63,498 nt of DNA, filler included, from Dirinaria sp. TL-2023a (GCA_051941275.1; 16 parts of 16 records of this genome joined end to end with filler, not necessarily neighbours in it); one strand, 5' to 3'. Numbered from the whole stretch's first letter, positions 39,962 through 54,237 are shown. A program made the numbers and translations. Notes: a model not told the origin generated them from the sequence alone.

Positions 39962-41839
39962 TCACCAATTCTCCCAAACCCTATCCGGAAGCACACTCCT
40001 CATAATCCTCCAATGCCCCAGCGCGCTCTCCCTCTGCGACTTCTCCAGGACCTGCGTCCGACCTTGCCTTAGAACATCCCCCTCCCCCAGAAAACCCTTA
40101 CGACCGAAGAGCCTCGGATCGATCTCATGCTTCGGGAGCAGATGATGTTTCCGCGCATGGCTGCCCAGGAAATCCGCTGGCGCGGGCCTCCGGAACGAGA
40201 TTTCACTGCTTGCGGAGGATTTCCGGCAGAAGAGGACCATGTTGGTGAAATCCTTGATCGGGTTGGGGGTTCCGGAGCGGGCTGCTTCCTCGCGGAACAT
40301 GCGGCAGCGCGGGAATACGGACTTTATGGTGTTTACTACTAGGCTGGTGGAAGGGAGGAGGAGATCGCCGGCGTAGTTCTGTGCTTGGTTAGTTTGCCGG
40401 TTCTCAGTTTGTTGTAGGGGTTCTACTTACGATTGCGATGATTCCGTCTTGCTTGAGCAGGTCATCCAATCCGGAGAGGAATTCTTGTGTAAAGAGCGCG
40501 GCGGGCTCGGCTCCTCCTGTGAAGACGTCGTGGATAATATAATCGAATCTGTCATCCGATTGGTTCTTTCGCCTTTCTTCGACGAAAGAGATGGCGTCTT
40601 GTATCACAGCGGTGTGATTTGTGGGAAGGTTGAAATAACTGGAAGCGTACCGGTGCACAACCGGGTCGATTTCTACAATCGTGGTTTGGATACCAAGAGC
40701 AATCAAGGCTGATGGTGTAGTCCCAATGCCTACACCACTGCAGTATTTGGTCAGTACATTGAAAAGCGATGGCGAGCGGTCAAAACCTACATCACGAGTG
40801 CCTCCTTCTCCTTGTCTGATTTCTCAGTTGGGCCGGAGTCAGACTTCACAAGCCTGACAGCTTCGAGCATTGTGAATATGGCGTAGATAGGCTCTTTCAA
40901 TCCGGATACGGCATTCCTTGGAGTACTGAGCCATTCCCCACCAAGAAGGCTGTGATCACACCGCATCACCCGAAATCCATCTTTGATGTTGTCCAAAACA
41001 GAAATGTAGCCGGTCAGCGACTCCTGCCGAGCCACAAGCGAATAATGCTGATTGAGTAAAGTTTCATTGAGAGCTTTTGTGTGCGCTGCCGAAGGAATAT
41101 GGGAATCGGTAGCTAGTAGATACGTTAACAGCAAAACAGCGTATCCTATTTTCCTTGACGGAAGTTTCAGTGCATAGATTATTGCAAGAAGGTATTGCAA
41201 GCCCGCACGCGAGAGCCAGGGTCTGGATCCAATGCAATCCTGTATCTTTTGCGTCATTATATTCTGCACCAGTACGATAACAGCAAGAGCCAGGCTCGCG
41301 GACACAGCTGTCGCTAAAACTGAGCCAAATCTACGGAGTAGGGGCTTTTCTAATTTTACTGCTGCTGCGAGCACGGATAAGAATAGGAGTGGTGCGTAGG
41401 TGCATATTTCAGTTATCAATGGCCCATACAAAGGGCCAAGACTTGCACTTTCCTTGAATAGCTGTATTTGCACCAACGGCACCGACATAGCGACGAGAGG
41501 TATGTAGGTGATCCATGTTTCCAAAGATCTTTCTATACTCTCTTGATATTGGATTTTCGTGACCCAAGCCAACAGGACCGTGAAGAGGACCAAATTTCTA
41601 TGATATATCGAAGCAGGGATCGAGCCGTAAAGGGGGGAAAGAGAAAGTTGAGAGATTGGAGAGTATGCAGCAGCGAGTACTAGTAAATCAAGAGCTAATC
41701 TGATGGGTTGTGGTACGACCTTGTTTTGTGCGTTGCTCACGGCTTTGGAGATGGCGCCAAGCCTCCTGATTATCCTGCTTCGGTTCTGCGGAGGCTGTGG
41801 GGTGGATGATCTCTCTCTGTGACCTGTTCTAGAAGGCAT
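39962..41839 (-). CDS. Membrane-anchored spermidine-synthase-like SAM-dependent methyltransferase-fold protein
   Basis: N-terminal TM segments, RQESLTGYISV, MRCDHSLLGGEW, VEIDPVV, FDYIIHDVFTGGAEP, DFTNMVLFC. Confidence 0.85.
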
Positions 41840-42075
41840 GCCCCGTCACTTCTCTATCCATACCAATTCAGTACAGAGAAAAGTATCAGTCTACAGGTGT
41901 TTTATCCGGCCCAAAGCATCGCCGCGACGAAGGAATTAACAGGAGCGATACCTTCCTGACTTGCCCCTAAATACAGTTAGCGCTCTATCCAATCTCGGAC
42001 CGAACATCTTGCGGCCCGACCCCATTCGTCATCATGTGTTTATGAAGTGCCTCGAGGTACGCTTGAACTTCTTCG

Positions 42076-42817
42076 ATGGACATGCTCAACATGTCTCTGC
42101 CATCATCATCTCCAAGTACCCTGAAAGGAAGCAGAGGGCACTCACCCGAGCCCAGCATGCACCAAATGGCAAGACCTCAGTCAAGATCCCCCGCAGCCCT
42201 TGCACGGCTTAGAATCAAGAACCGTCGCAAACGATACCTCGATTTGCATCCGGATTACTTTGCTTCGCCGTCACTAGAACTCGCAGGTCTGCCGTGCGCC
42301 CAGCAGTGCCTGCTTCAAGTGCGTATGCGCTGACTACGAGAGGATCCAAGATCCCTTGGCTTACGATCGCCTTGTACGGCGCTTTCAAAACGCAGAAGAG
42401 CGCGAGGCAGAGGGGCGTAAGAAGGGCTATTCGGGGACGTTGGAAGCTGATTTATGGCGCTCGGAAGCCAAAGTCCAGGCACTGGCAAATCCGTCTGATG
42501 CTTCGCTGATGACTTACCGGCGGGGGGAGGGTGGCGAGATAATCGCAGAAGAGAAGGATGAGATCCCGCAAGATAAGGAGGAGGGACTGCAGAGATGGAG
42601 AAAACAGATGGAGTTGATGTTCTTGCGTGGGGAAGATCCAGATTTCAACTATCCAAACGTCGACGACAGTGAGGAATTCGATGACCGAGGCATCGAAGAC
42701 AGGGAAGCGGAAGAGGATTGGTTTGATAGAGAAGAACCGCAATGGACGATTAGTGACTGTGAATCTTCAACTCCCGCCCACGCGCTTACAGGAGAGACTG
42801 GGGTGCAAGACTTCTAA
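42076..42817 (+). CDS. CCDC97-like domain protein
   Basis: IKNRRKRYL..HPDYF, DPLAYDRLVRRFQ, FLRGEDPDFNY..VD..EE.DD, EEDWFD; intron at ~42288-42350. Confidence 0.82.
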
Positions 42818-43339
42818 AGGAGGACGGCGTATCAGGAGATGGGCAATGTGTACGGGACACCATGAGGATCGGGTTACTCTGCTCTAGATAGACAGTGTTT
42901 GTTGATCATGAGTTTGAAGGCTCACTTTGGCGAGAAAGCGGCAATGTTGAGAGAGAAATGACCCAAGCAGAAATTGGACGATGCTCAACACGACACTTAT
43001 GTCTGCCAAGTGCTTGCGGAAAATTGCGGATAATCAGGCAGCCAAAGGGCAGGCTAGACCAAGCCAGAAAGCCATTGTTTCGTGCCATTTTTCAATTGTG
43101 TATTTCCGCAGTGCGGCTGACAAACGAAGCTCATGCCATGTCAGGCATAAGGTACCTTAGGATGCTGGTGATTGATTCATGTCCGGAATAACCCCAGCCA
43201 ATACATATTGAGCACGAGGTGAGCGGGGAGAAACCTGGTTAAGATGCATCACAGAGCGATGTCTTGCATATCATGATCAGGGATAAACCCAACAAAAATT
43301 GGTCTTCACGGGAATGCACCCATCACGCATCACGTTGCT

Positions 43340-43740
43340 GGGGCTCAATCCGTCAGGTACATGTACGTAAGGTACTCCTCAATGTCGTCAACTATCGGGG
43401 TGATGGTCGTACCACCTCGCACCCAAATTTGGATCATCGCTATTGAGCTGTGACCGCCAAGGCCATACTCGAGGACATCGATTCTTCAGATTGCGTGCGG
43501 ATTTCAGCCTTTTTAACCTGATCCGCGACCTTTTCCATCCAGTCGTCCCGTGATCTTGAGCAGGCATGGGCAGGTTGACATTAAGGTTTGCAACCGAGCC
43601 ATCGGTAAGGGTGAGGTGCATATTGGCGCCAGCCACACGGAAAACGTCCGTGTTGATAGCCTGCGTGAACCGACGAGTCAGAACGACGCTGCGGGGATGT
43701 GCCACTTGGCAGCCGAGCGCCCTGGCATTCTGGGCAACCG
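43340..43740 (-). CDS. Possible 3' part of an unknown protein
   Basis: Open frame from the contig end (ORF 43388-43705); no recognisable motif. Confidence 0.25.
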
Positions 43741-45460
43741 NNNNNNNNNNNNNNNNNNNNNNNNNNNNNNNNNNNNNNNNNNNNTTAATTAATTAANNNN
43801 NNNNNNNNNNNNNNNNNNNNNNNNNNNNNNNNNNNNNNNNGCGAAAGTGCCGGAAGGAACCGCTCATTGCATGTTATCAAATACAGAAACCGTCATAGAT
43901 AGATTTTTTCAGTGGCCGCATAGCTAGTCTTGGTAGAAGACGGGCTCCGAGTGCCGAATGAGATTACCTACCTACCTACCATTAGAACTTCGAACTATAA
44001 AATAACTCCTTCGAAAATCCCACCTCGACAAACATTAAAATTTGCAAGCTATATGTCGATGTCGATGGAGATGTAGATGGACTTTGGGGTTTTTATTTTT
44101 TATATATATATATATTTTTCCCCCTTGCTTTCTTGCCTTTTTGGTGGGCCAGCATCAACCCTCTCTGTACGCTACTGTGGGTAAGGTACCAGCACACTAC
44201 CATCCCAACTATGTACATACTCCTTTTCACCAGAGCCTAGAAGCTGGACAGGTTACTCGTACCCAACAATATCCCCCCCTCTTTCTCACTCTCCCCCCTT
44301 TCCAAAACTCAAGCTTGCCCATTCCCGAGCCTGATTTATTTCATCAGGCTGTCTATCGAGATTAGCTTTGGCTATCAATGGATTTGTTCCTGCGTCGGGG
44401 GGATGAGGAGCTGGATTTTAGGGTGTTGCTCGTTGATTTGATGAGAGTCTTGAGGTTTTAAGTACTGGATACCGTGGATGACTGTGCCGGTTTTTTTTTT
44501 TTTTTTTTTTTTGGGGGATGGGGTGCCGGATGAGGCAGTGATTGGGTGATGGAGGGAAGGAGTGTGGTGGGCTTTCTTTCAGGAGGGGATACGATGATGA
44601 GCGAGATTGGATGGAAAAGAGCAGATACCGGATATTCGTTCATTGTTGAATATCTTATACTCATGAGGTGTGGTGCTGTCTCAGTGCAGGTTCGACTTTT
44701 GATTCCTGTGCTTATTTGCACTACCTGTTGATTTGTCGGTGGGGCCAGAATGTATTCTTAGTATGTTATTCCTTTCAGATGAAGGCGATTTCGGGATCGA
44801 TCTCGGATCCGGCCAGTTTGTACGGTGAAGGCTCCTGCTATGGTAGCTAATGTTTGCGTTCTCGTTCGGTGGTAGATTGCTGGATCTGGGATATTTCGAG
44901 GTCTTGTACTCCGTGGCCGTTGGTGATATCCCTAATATCTGATTTCTCAGGGTATGTGTCCTATGTCCTGGCATGGGGAACTGTGAATTCCACTATCGGA
45001 TCACTTCCCCCTTTTTTTGTTTTCCAATTTCATCGTGATGCCTCTGAAGGTTCTTCTGCTGGTGCACTGATACCAACTTAATGGTTTGCCTGTTTGAGCA
45101 TAATGCTTCAAAAGTAGATTGGTCCATGGTCATGACGTTAAAACGTTGTTGTAACGAGTTGCTGCTGGACTTGAAATCAGCACTCACCACAATTTGAGAG
45201 AGCGTGCTTGTCGGTGCTGCTCGTCCGCGGTATCAGCTCCGTAAGATTGAAGACATAATACTGATCTCCGTCGCGTGATGTCGACAGACTTGAAAATACC
45301 AGACCGTCGAGCAAGCGACATGAAGGAAGACTTAATAGCTAGCAGCATCAATTTTGCTTGATCGCACCTTCGCAACCATTATTGCCCTGCTATTGCGAGT
45401 GGATAGTGTGCCAACTCAGCACCGGTCTCTTTGGTCATACAGCGAACTCTCGAGCAGTGT

Positions 45461-47097
45461 TCACGGCTCAAAGCACTCTTCCCACCGTCCTCCCTTCCGA
45501 GCGAACCCCAAACTTGCAATGAATTGCGAAAGAGTACATCGTCCTAATTCATCATCATGACATTGCAGAAGCGGCATGACTCTACCGTTGACAACTACTC
45601 GCACCATCTCTTCCTTTTCTCCACTGCAGATCATTTTTTCAACCGCCGCCCTGCCGGCAAAAGGGACTGTCTCGCTTGCTTTAAAGCCTGCCAGATCTGG
45701 CTTGTCACCTTTCGATAAGCGCGCAGACGGTGGAGATCTTGACGCGGACGGGCTACCCATATAAAGACCAAGAGCAAACAAGATGGATGTGATTGTGTTA
45801 TCGTGGGAGAAATCCGCATAGAGCGTTCTTCCTAGTGGGAACGTGGTTGGGTTGGAGTCAAGCGTATGGTTTACTGAGGTATGGTCCTCTACAGCCTGAT
45901 TCGTTAGACGGGCAATAAGCTCGTTGACCCAGCCCAACCCCTGACTTGGACCGAAGCTACTTCCGGCTCCATAGCTGAAATATTTACTCGACGACTTTTC
46001 AGCGTCATAAATCCTCCACTCTGCGTCTGTAAACAAATGGCAAAAAGGGGATAGAGCGGAAGGGTCAGGCGAAGCAATGGTGCTAAAAGGGCAGAGGTCC
46101 ATAAGAGCGGAAACTTGTCCTAAAGTTAAGTTGGCGCCTGGTACATTGGCATTGATACGAGTTGCGATAGGTTTGAGTGGTGTGAGTAAGGAATGGTAAT
46201 GATGGGCTTCGAAAGCAGGACAAAGGCCATGGGAGAGTCTACTGTTGTTAGAGCAGAGAATCAATAAGAAAAAGTAACCCACGTGTTATTACTCCCCGGC
46301 CCTTCAGGTACGACCAAGATGTCCTGGACAGCTTCGAACCTATCTGACATTGTAATAGGAGCACGTCGTTCGCTTGTGGCAACAGGATTAGATTTAGTGC
46401 CCCCTGCTGCGTAGAAGCCATTCAGGAAATTTTCTGCCGATTCGACCACTCTATCTTGTCCAGATGCCCTTATAAACGGCCTCTCCTGCGCTGTCAAACT
46501 TTGGTAGCGCTGATAAAACGCAATTCCAGCATTCATCATTTCTTGCCGGCCAAAGTCAGTGAGTTGGTCCGACTTCAGATCGTACCTATAATTTACGAGG
46601 AACGCAAAGGGTCCCGTGAGGTTTTTCGACGCTGCCTGGATATGGCGAACCGTTTCCCCATAGACATCTGACATCTTAGCAGTAGGGTATCTGGCACCAT
46701 GTCTAGAGAGAAGCTGCGCGAACGTGATGTGACAGCCTTCTGGGGTATTCCACGGGATTTCAGACGGTACACTGAACGCTGGAGAATATTGGCCCCAAAT
46801 ATGGGAAGCATTAGGATTACATTGGAAGCCTTTTCCGGGAGAATCGCAAGGGAAGGACGAGGCCAGTCGATATTTCAGCGCCTTCGCACTGTGTCTACAA
46901 AGAATAAATAAAACTTCCAGTGTAATTGAGAGTGATCCCTACATTTCTCTAATGCGCAAAAGTAGCCAAAAGAAAACGAGCATCCACAGGGTCATAACCA
47001 CAGTTCTCCCTGCTCTCGAGAGACGTCTCGAAGGCAGCACTTGCAAGCCATAGATTCTGTGCCCTTTCGAAGGGCTATGCAGCGGTTTGTAGCCCAT
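45461..47097 (-). CDS. Histidine acid phosphatase / 3-phytase-like
   Basis: QLLSRHGARYPT active site, IRASGQDRVVESA, LYADFSHDN, VPFAGRA.VEKM.C, VRVVVNGRV. Confidence 0.93.
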
Positions 47098-47798
47098 GGC
47101 CGCTATTATTGGAAGTATGACCAAATCAACTAAACACAATATGCGTCCGCACCATTACTGCCGACGGGATCTGTCGTCGCAAAGAGTTTATCGACCCTTA
47201 GGCTTGATAACGTGGGTATATTTAGGATTCCGTTATCGGTAGGATGGAAGGGTGAGCTGCCCGGATAGAGCGCCATGGTGATAAGTGTTGCAACTTCAAA
47301 TTCGAAGATGGACTCGAGGCAGTGATGTCGTGTCATGCGGATCAATCATGAGGCAGGGCTGTTCAGAACCACATCACGTGACTCCAAACTCAGCCTTAAA
47401 TCGCACTAGTTCACACTTTTACTCTAAGGATGGAATATGGACATACAGCACACAGACCATGCCCACGCCAGAGTTCGTACTTTTGTTTCTTCGCGCTTCT
47501 CACACCTGGAGGATTGATGACGCTTCATTAGCCAATTAACTTTACCTAATAAACGGTACCTAGATTAATCGGAATTATAATAATGGCTTCGACAGCGCTG
47601 GATTTCGTTCTATTATCGTAGAGCTTATACCTCTAGATATTTATTCTTTGGCATGCGTATTTTCAAACGCTCTTAGCTCCAAAAGAGGGAAATTCGATNN
47701 NNNNNNNNNNNNNNNNNNNNNNNNNNNNNNNNNNNNNNNNNNTTAATTAATTAANNNNNNNNNNNNNNNNNNNNNNNNNNNNNNNNNNNNNNNNNNNN

Positions 47799-48120
47799 GC
47801 CCTGGGACTCATCATCCTCTCTACTATTGCCCAACAGTCTGGCCAACTCATCCCGACACGCCTCCACCTGCTCCGGCCGATCGACTTCCAAACTCAACGT
47901 CTCGATGCCGAGCGCCGCAAGATCCGCGATCGTCGATGCGTTCCTCGCAGTGGCGAACACTCGTAGACCCCGCGCATAGAATTCCAAAGCTAGCGCGTGT
48001 CCGATCCCGCCTGGGGAGCAGCTGGTATGTGAATGAGCGATGGGTGGGGTTTTACGCTGGTGCGGGGGTAAGGATGTACCCAGTGATGAGAACTGTTTTG
48101 CGCGAGTCGATTGAGGCCAT
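47799..48120 (-). CDS. Short-chain dehydrogenase, Ayr1-like, 3' truncated
   Basis: KTVLITG|CSPGGIGHALALEF..GLRVFATAR...LEVD. Confidence 0.85.
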
Positions 48121-49176
48121 TGGAAAGCGGGAGTTCCGGGGGAAGGGTGGAGTGAAAGGTTGGAGAGGGAGGGATGGGGATGTAAGGTAGAATGAGCGTT
48201 TAGATTGGGTCTTGATTCGTCTTGTCCTTCAATCCTTCAGTATCAAAACCCTCCGGAGTTTGCCAAGGCGCTTAGTCAGCGAGCCATCAACAGTGTAGGC
48301 GACTTCTTGATGAGCAATTTGGAGCAAACCCCGGTTGGAAGACCTCCCAGCACTGGACACTGGGTATAAGGTCCTCCAGAAAAATTCTTCTGCTGATACT
48401 GCGATCCGGCTAGCTTGACAAGCGACCGGGCTCATGCGAGACTACCGTGAGAAATACCTCTTTCATCTCAGATCTGCCAATGTGCTGCTCTGGACGTATC
48501 GCCGGCCTTTCAGTCCTCTGATGATATTCTTAAAGTCGCCAGTCTGTCCTAATAGCCTCATTCGTCGTCTTTTCGTCCCGTTGACCGGTGTTGAAAATCA
48601 TCGTATCTTTAGCCTGAGATATTCTGATACGGCGAATGCATTTTCTTGCCCATTGCTTGAGTAAATGTATATTGCATTCTATGTATCAGCGTCTCCTTTT
48701 TTCTTTTTTTTTTCTCTTTTTCCTTCCTGAATGCGGGATATTATCCCGTGCAATGGAAGCAGCGGCTCTGAATCCCGATCCATGGTGCTATCACATTTGC
48801 CGCACAGAGGAACAATTCCTTGCTGCGCATATTCTGCGGTCCGCATACCGCAGACTGCTGCATAAGATAACTGTTTCAATAGCGCAATGTGCGCCCCGGT
48901 CCGCCCCGGAATGTTCTTAAGAGCCGACACCCTGTGCATTCAATGTCCATGTCGAGTGAGTGCTCTTGCTTGCGATCTACGAATTCTCAAGCTGCGACAA
49001 TCTTTGACGGTACTCTGTCGGAATGAGACGCAAGAGTCAGTATATCACGCTGACACAGTGCTTGCTCGGACACGACTCCTTGGTTCTTTGCCATGTACAG
49101 TTTGATATTTATCGTTCAATGTTCCAAGTTCATTGCGTGACGAACTCGGAAAAAATAGTCATCAGTGACTGTTGCG

Positions 49177-51072
49177 ATGGCCCTCACGGCTATTATCAGT
49201 CCATTTTTCCATATCCAGACAAGTCTCCTTGTCCAACTGTTTGCTGCGCTAGGTCTTTTAGCTCTCGCCGATATTGTGAGACCAGACATTCGAAGCTGCC
49301 ACCACCAGTATGATGTTTTGGACAGACCAATATGCAACATAGCGCTTGAAGCCATGCCTAAAGGAGCACTGCCAAGCATCTTCTCACCTCGCGCGAGCAT
49401 TATGGATAATGCTTTTACCCTGCCCAGATTCTACGTTGACTCTGCAGAACGTCCGCGCTGCGTCATCACCATCGAGCTTGACGGCCATTCAAACAGAAAC
49501 GTATTCGTCTTAATCCCATGGGACAAGATCAGGGATATGGCAGAGATCATCATGGATACATGTATTCCCCTTGGTGGATATGGTTGGGGAGGCACCGCAA
49601 CATTCGGCCTGCAACGTACCTTCGATGCTTTAGTCAATCTTGCTCCTTATGACCGGGAAGAAGGTCAGCTCGCAGAGCCTGCTGAGGTCACACAACCGGA
49701 CGGTTCGGGCGGTTTTGTCGCGATTCCTGCAGATGCTGCCAGTCAAGGCTATGGTAAGTCCCTCGACAGAAGGATACTTTCTACTTTTGCCTCTTCATGG
49801 TTTGAAGTGCCGCAACCGTCTCCCAACGATGTTTTTCTCTCCCTCCCACTGTCGAAAAATTGACGATGGCTTAGACGTACCGCTGTATCTGCTCGTGACT
49901 GTAAGCGGTCAAAGATATCAAGTAGAGAAGCGTCGAAACGATGGCATGATTGGGACGAGCCTACGAGAAGAGTAAGTCTTTCTACTGTAAGTTACGTATA
50001 CAAGCGATAAGGATCCTAACATTCTTTCCAAAGAATGCGACGGAAGTATCGCGACGCAACGGATGTGCATACGCAGAATAATATCCAACGAATACGGGAC
50101 GGCTTGAGTGCTCGCTTTATTTCGGATTTGTGGGCTAACCCACCGGGCTTTGGTCCCCGATGGTGGGAATTTACGCCTGGTCCTCCAACCCCCGATCCAG
50201 CAAATGTGAAATATCAGTGCGAAGCCAGGCTAGGCAACCCACAGATGGCACACTGCGAGTCAGCATTAATCCAAATGCCCCCTCATGGTCCTGTTACTCT
50301 TGATGCCGTCAAGGGACCTGTAATAATCCGAACAGGTACGTAAGCTTAACATATCTTCTTGATGGAGACGATTCTCCCACAAAGACCACGTCAACGGAGG
50401 CCCAGTGCAAACTTAGCGATGTATATTGATTAGATTTTAGGGGAGTGTGCTATTGGAATTAGAGCTCTAGAAAAGCACGCAACGTCCTGGGACATAATTC
50501 GAAGCACAGCAGAAACACTGATGGTCCAATGCATCAGCGGACCAGTGGCAGACAAGATAGGCGGTACCGCAGTTAGCGTACCTATATCCGCTCGAAGAAG
50601 GAGAGATGCTGGTAGGTCAATCTATCGGTTCCCTCCATTCGTCGATTCATACCGAGACCCCTTGATTTGTAGCTAAACTCGAACGGTGATAGCAGGCACA
50701 GACACGGCTTTACTTCCTCCAACATTTCAGATTTCGATCTACCTCCAAGAACCATTCACAGGCGCCGCAAACCAAACATGTGCTTGGGGTGTTGTTTCGG
50801 GCCTCGACGACGGCGATGTACGAGAATGTCCCGCATACAACGGACATCATCGCCGACCACCACAGCGGAATTTGGGCGACAACACCACCACTTATTTCCA
50901 TTACGACAATATGACAGAGATCATTCAGGGCAACACTCTAGAGATAAAAAGTCAAAACTCCACAGGTTTTCTACAAGGGAATTCGACCGATTTCATCGCT
51001 GATGCGCAGTTATTCGCAACAAGCGCCACTGGTTCAGCGTCTCCAGAAGGGACAACGCAGCCTCCAGCTTGA
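49177..51072 (+). CDS. Secreted Cys-containing protein with two related domains (possibly Ecp2/KP4-like fold)
   Basis: Hydrophobic N-terminus. Two C..AL..MP...C.I.I...WD.IR..AE....C...GGTA units. RRRRDA basic site; about four introns. Confidence 0.65.
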
Positions 51073-52193
51073 ACTCAATATGTGCCAATATTCAAGCTTG
51101 AAGCTTGGAAGGACAGTTGTATAAGATGCCGCCTGTACGAGCTCAAATCCATGATCAATTCTTGCGGTTATTAGATGTACATAGATAGATAAGGGGTTCG
51201 GTTGATGTACGCTTATTTGACGCCCGCACCCTTCTTTCATACCTGAGAGAAGGGTGCTAGGTGCTCACACTTGTACGATAATTTATTTTCTTTTTTTTTT
51301 TTTTTTTTTTTGAAATCACGTTCCAAAATCGCACCACCTGCGTGCAATAAATTCGTTAAAACCACCGCATGTATATATACAAACAATCAGATCCAAATTC
51401 CCGTAGAACTTCCTCGCTACTTCTTCGATGAATGCACTATTGAGAGTTTGCCAGAACACGATACGAAAGCAAACCATCATTTGTAAAAATGTTTTTTTTT
51501 TTAAGATTTCAAGACTTCGATCAAACGCAGTTCTCAATATAAAATATCAGCACAAAAAGCTGAGATAATGAATTCTATCAAAAATTGGAGTCTGATCCCT
51601 TTTACATTGTGAGCTATATATTCCTGTTTTTGGGGGCGGGCGGGGACGCGTTTGNNNNNNNNNNNNNNNNNNNNNNNNNNNNNNNNNNNNNNNNNNNNTT
51701 AATTAATTAANNNNNNNNNNNNNNNNNNNNNNNNNNNNNNNNNNNNNNNNNNNNGGGGGGGGGGGGGGGGGGGGAAGAAAATAGCAATTGTGATTGACTG
51801 ATGATGGTGATATATACATATACATCAAATCTGGATACTGAGTATACAACCTTGACCAATCGTCTGAAGTCCACTGGCCTAATTTCAATCCGATCACTGT
51901 CAGACGTGGGCTGATCTTGTATGTACACTGTAGATTATAAGATAACAGGAGAATTAGTAAGGTAAGGTAAGTGCATAAAGTAAGGTAGGTATTTGCATCG
52001 ACTTATTTTTCGCCCCTGCATTTGCTAATGCAGGTAAAACTGTCACGTGCCAGGTCCGAGTCTTTCCAAGGTCCTCAAGCGCATCTTGGGCACAATTCAC
52101 TCCAGACATCCAATCACAGCGAGGATCGCTTGCAGTGGAACACAAAAATTCTGAACAACCCTTGGCACAAAAAATAACCTCACATCATGTACC

Positions 52194-53339
52194 ATGGCTC
52201 CGTCCGTCGTCCCCAGCGACTCCTGGGTAGAATGTCTCATTGCGGACATCGTGTCCTGCTATACCTGTCTGGACTCCCAGCGTCCCGGGTTAGCTCCTTC
52301 GCCTGAAGTCAATCGTCTTTTCAGCAAGCTGGTCCGCGTCTGCAGCCAAACGCTGGATGAAGCTGCCACAGCGGCAGTACGTCCGCCACCACAAGGCCTG
52401 CTTCCCCCCCTTATCTCCGCTGACCCGAGGCGAGGGCATCAAAGATCCTCGAAGATCCCAGAATCGTCTGCATCACCAACCCGCTCAGGCAAATATGCTC
52501 CGAAGCGGAATACAAGCTCGAAGAGCACTGGGTGGACGATGCATTACGCCAAGAAAAGAACGGTCAGGGTCAGATATTACTTCGCTTCTTTGGGCGAAGC
52601 AGACAATGAGAGCAAGGTGTTAACATGTGAATTCTGAAGTAAACGAGACACTGCGCGACTTCACCTACTACGAGAATTACGTCGATCTCGTCCGCATGGA
52701 ATTGAGCGCCATACATTCTGTTACGCCTGGCGAGTCCCTCGAAAGTATCGCGGTGCTAGGATCAGGCCCGCTGCCCCTGACTTCCATTTGCATCTCTCAA
52801 TCCCTTGAAAATCGAGGTTGTAGACCTGTATGGATACACAACGTCGACCGGGACCCGGTGGCTATCACGAAGTCGCTGAGACTGTGTCGTGCATTGGGCC
52901 ACACGGAGAAGTCTATGAGCTTCCACTGCGCCGATGTCTTGTCAGAAACGCTTAGCCTTGGACAATTCGATGTGGTATATTTGGCTGCTCTTGTTGGAAC
53001 ATGTCATGGGCACAAGCACGAGGTCATTGCCAGTGTTGCAAAGCGGATGAGGCCGGGGGCGTTGTTGGTGGCTCGCTCTGCTCATTCTTTGCGCGGCCTC
53101 TTGTACCCGGTCAGTCGACAATCCATTTGTCGGCTCATCCTGTCGTATTATACTACTAATGACTGCTGCTATAGGTGGTCAAAGTCTCGGAGGACCTTTG
53201 TGGGACAGGGTTGACGCCTGTGCTGGCTGTGCACCCGTACAATCATATCATCAACTCGGTCATCATCTGTCGCGTTCAGTCTCGATTTGCGGAGAAAAGC
53301 TCTGTTGGTTCTCGCCGCTTGGCTTCGACGGCGAGATAA
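52194..53339 (+). CDS. NAS: Nicotianamine synthase
   Basis: VNRLFSKLV, LRQICSEAEYKLEEHW, FTYYENYVDLVRMEL, GSGPLPLTSI, FDVVYLAALVG, RSAHSLRGLLYP, HPYNHIINSVII; three introns. Confidence 0.93.
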
Positions 53340-54237
53340 GCCTCATAGCTTGCAGGAAATTGTAAAAAGGAGTAGGGTAGGTACAGGTTGTGAACTCTAA
53401 CATATCCTAGGCCAAAGGAGTTGGTGGTGGAGTTGGCGCTTGGCAGTGCTTGGAAGTCTTTCAAGCCTTGATGCGCTCGAGGGATCCAGGGCGTCGAGCT
53501 GCTTTGCTGAGAGCAGGTGAAGCTGTACAGGGAGATTATTTCAAAAGTATTATTATTATTGATATTCCGTAATCTCAATTCTCACCAAAATGGTTATTAC
53601 ATATATTTAGCACTTCCAGGCCAAGGCGTAAGGTAAGATGAGAGAGAGACGATGGACACAGCTTGGCTCCTTGGCTGCCTTGGCTCTTGGCGAGAGAATT
53701 CCCCTTTCGAGGCAACAGCGGGATGTGGATGGAGAAGGCGATTGGATGACATCTCAGCTCAGCCGCCACTAATCCAAAGTCAGAACCGGATTGGGACTGG
53801 CTGACCAAGTTGACCAACCCGGGCGAGGATCGCGAGTCGAGACGAATCGGCTGCTGCAGGTTTTCGATAATCGGGCAGGCATCTTTGATAGCGATTTCCA
53901 TCCAATAATTATGCACTTTATGTATTTTGGTCCTCGGGATTTTTCGTGCCTCTTCCTTTCTCGTCTTCCAGGTTTGCATCTACCGCACTCTCGCATTTCT
54001 CCAATCTCTTACTCTTACTGTGTATCTCGACGCTCGTTCTCATCTATCTGTCTTGATTTCTCTGTATCTGCTAATTATCACCTACATTCGCTTTGCTTGC
54101 TACTTGTCTATACTGTTTCATCCCATCCAATTCGGCAGTATAAAGAGCCACATTGATAATCCAAGGCATCGTCTACGAGCCAATTCTTCACATCCCCCCC
54201 TTGGATACGCCGCGGCGGTCTGCACCTCCTCTACATA

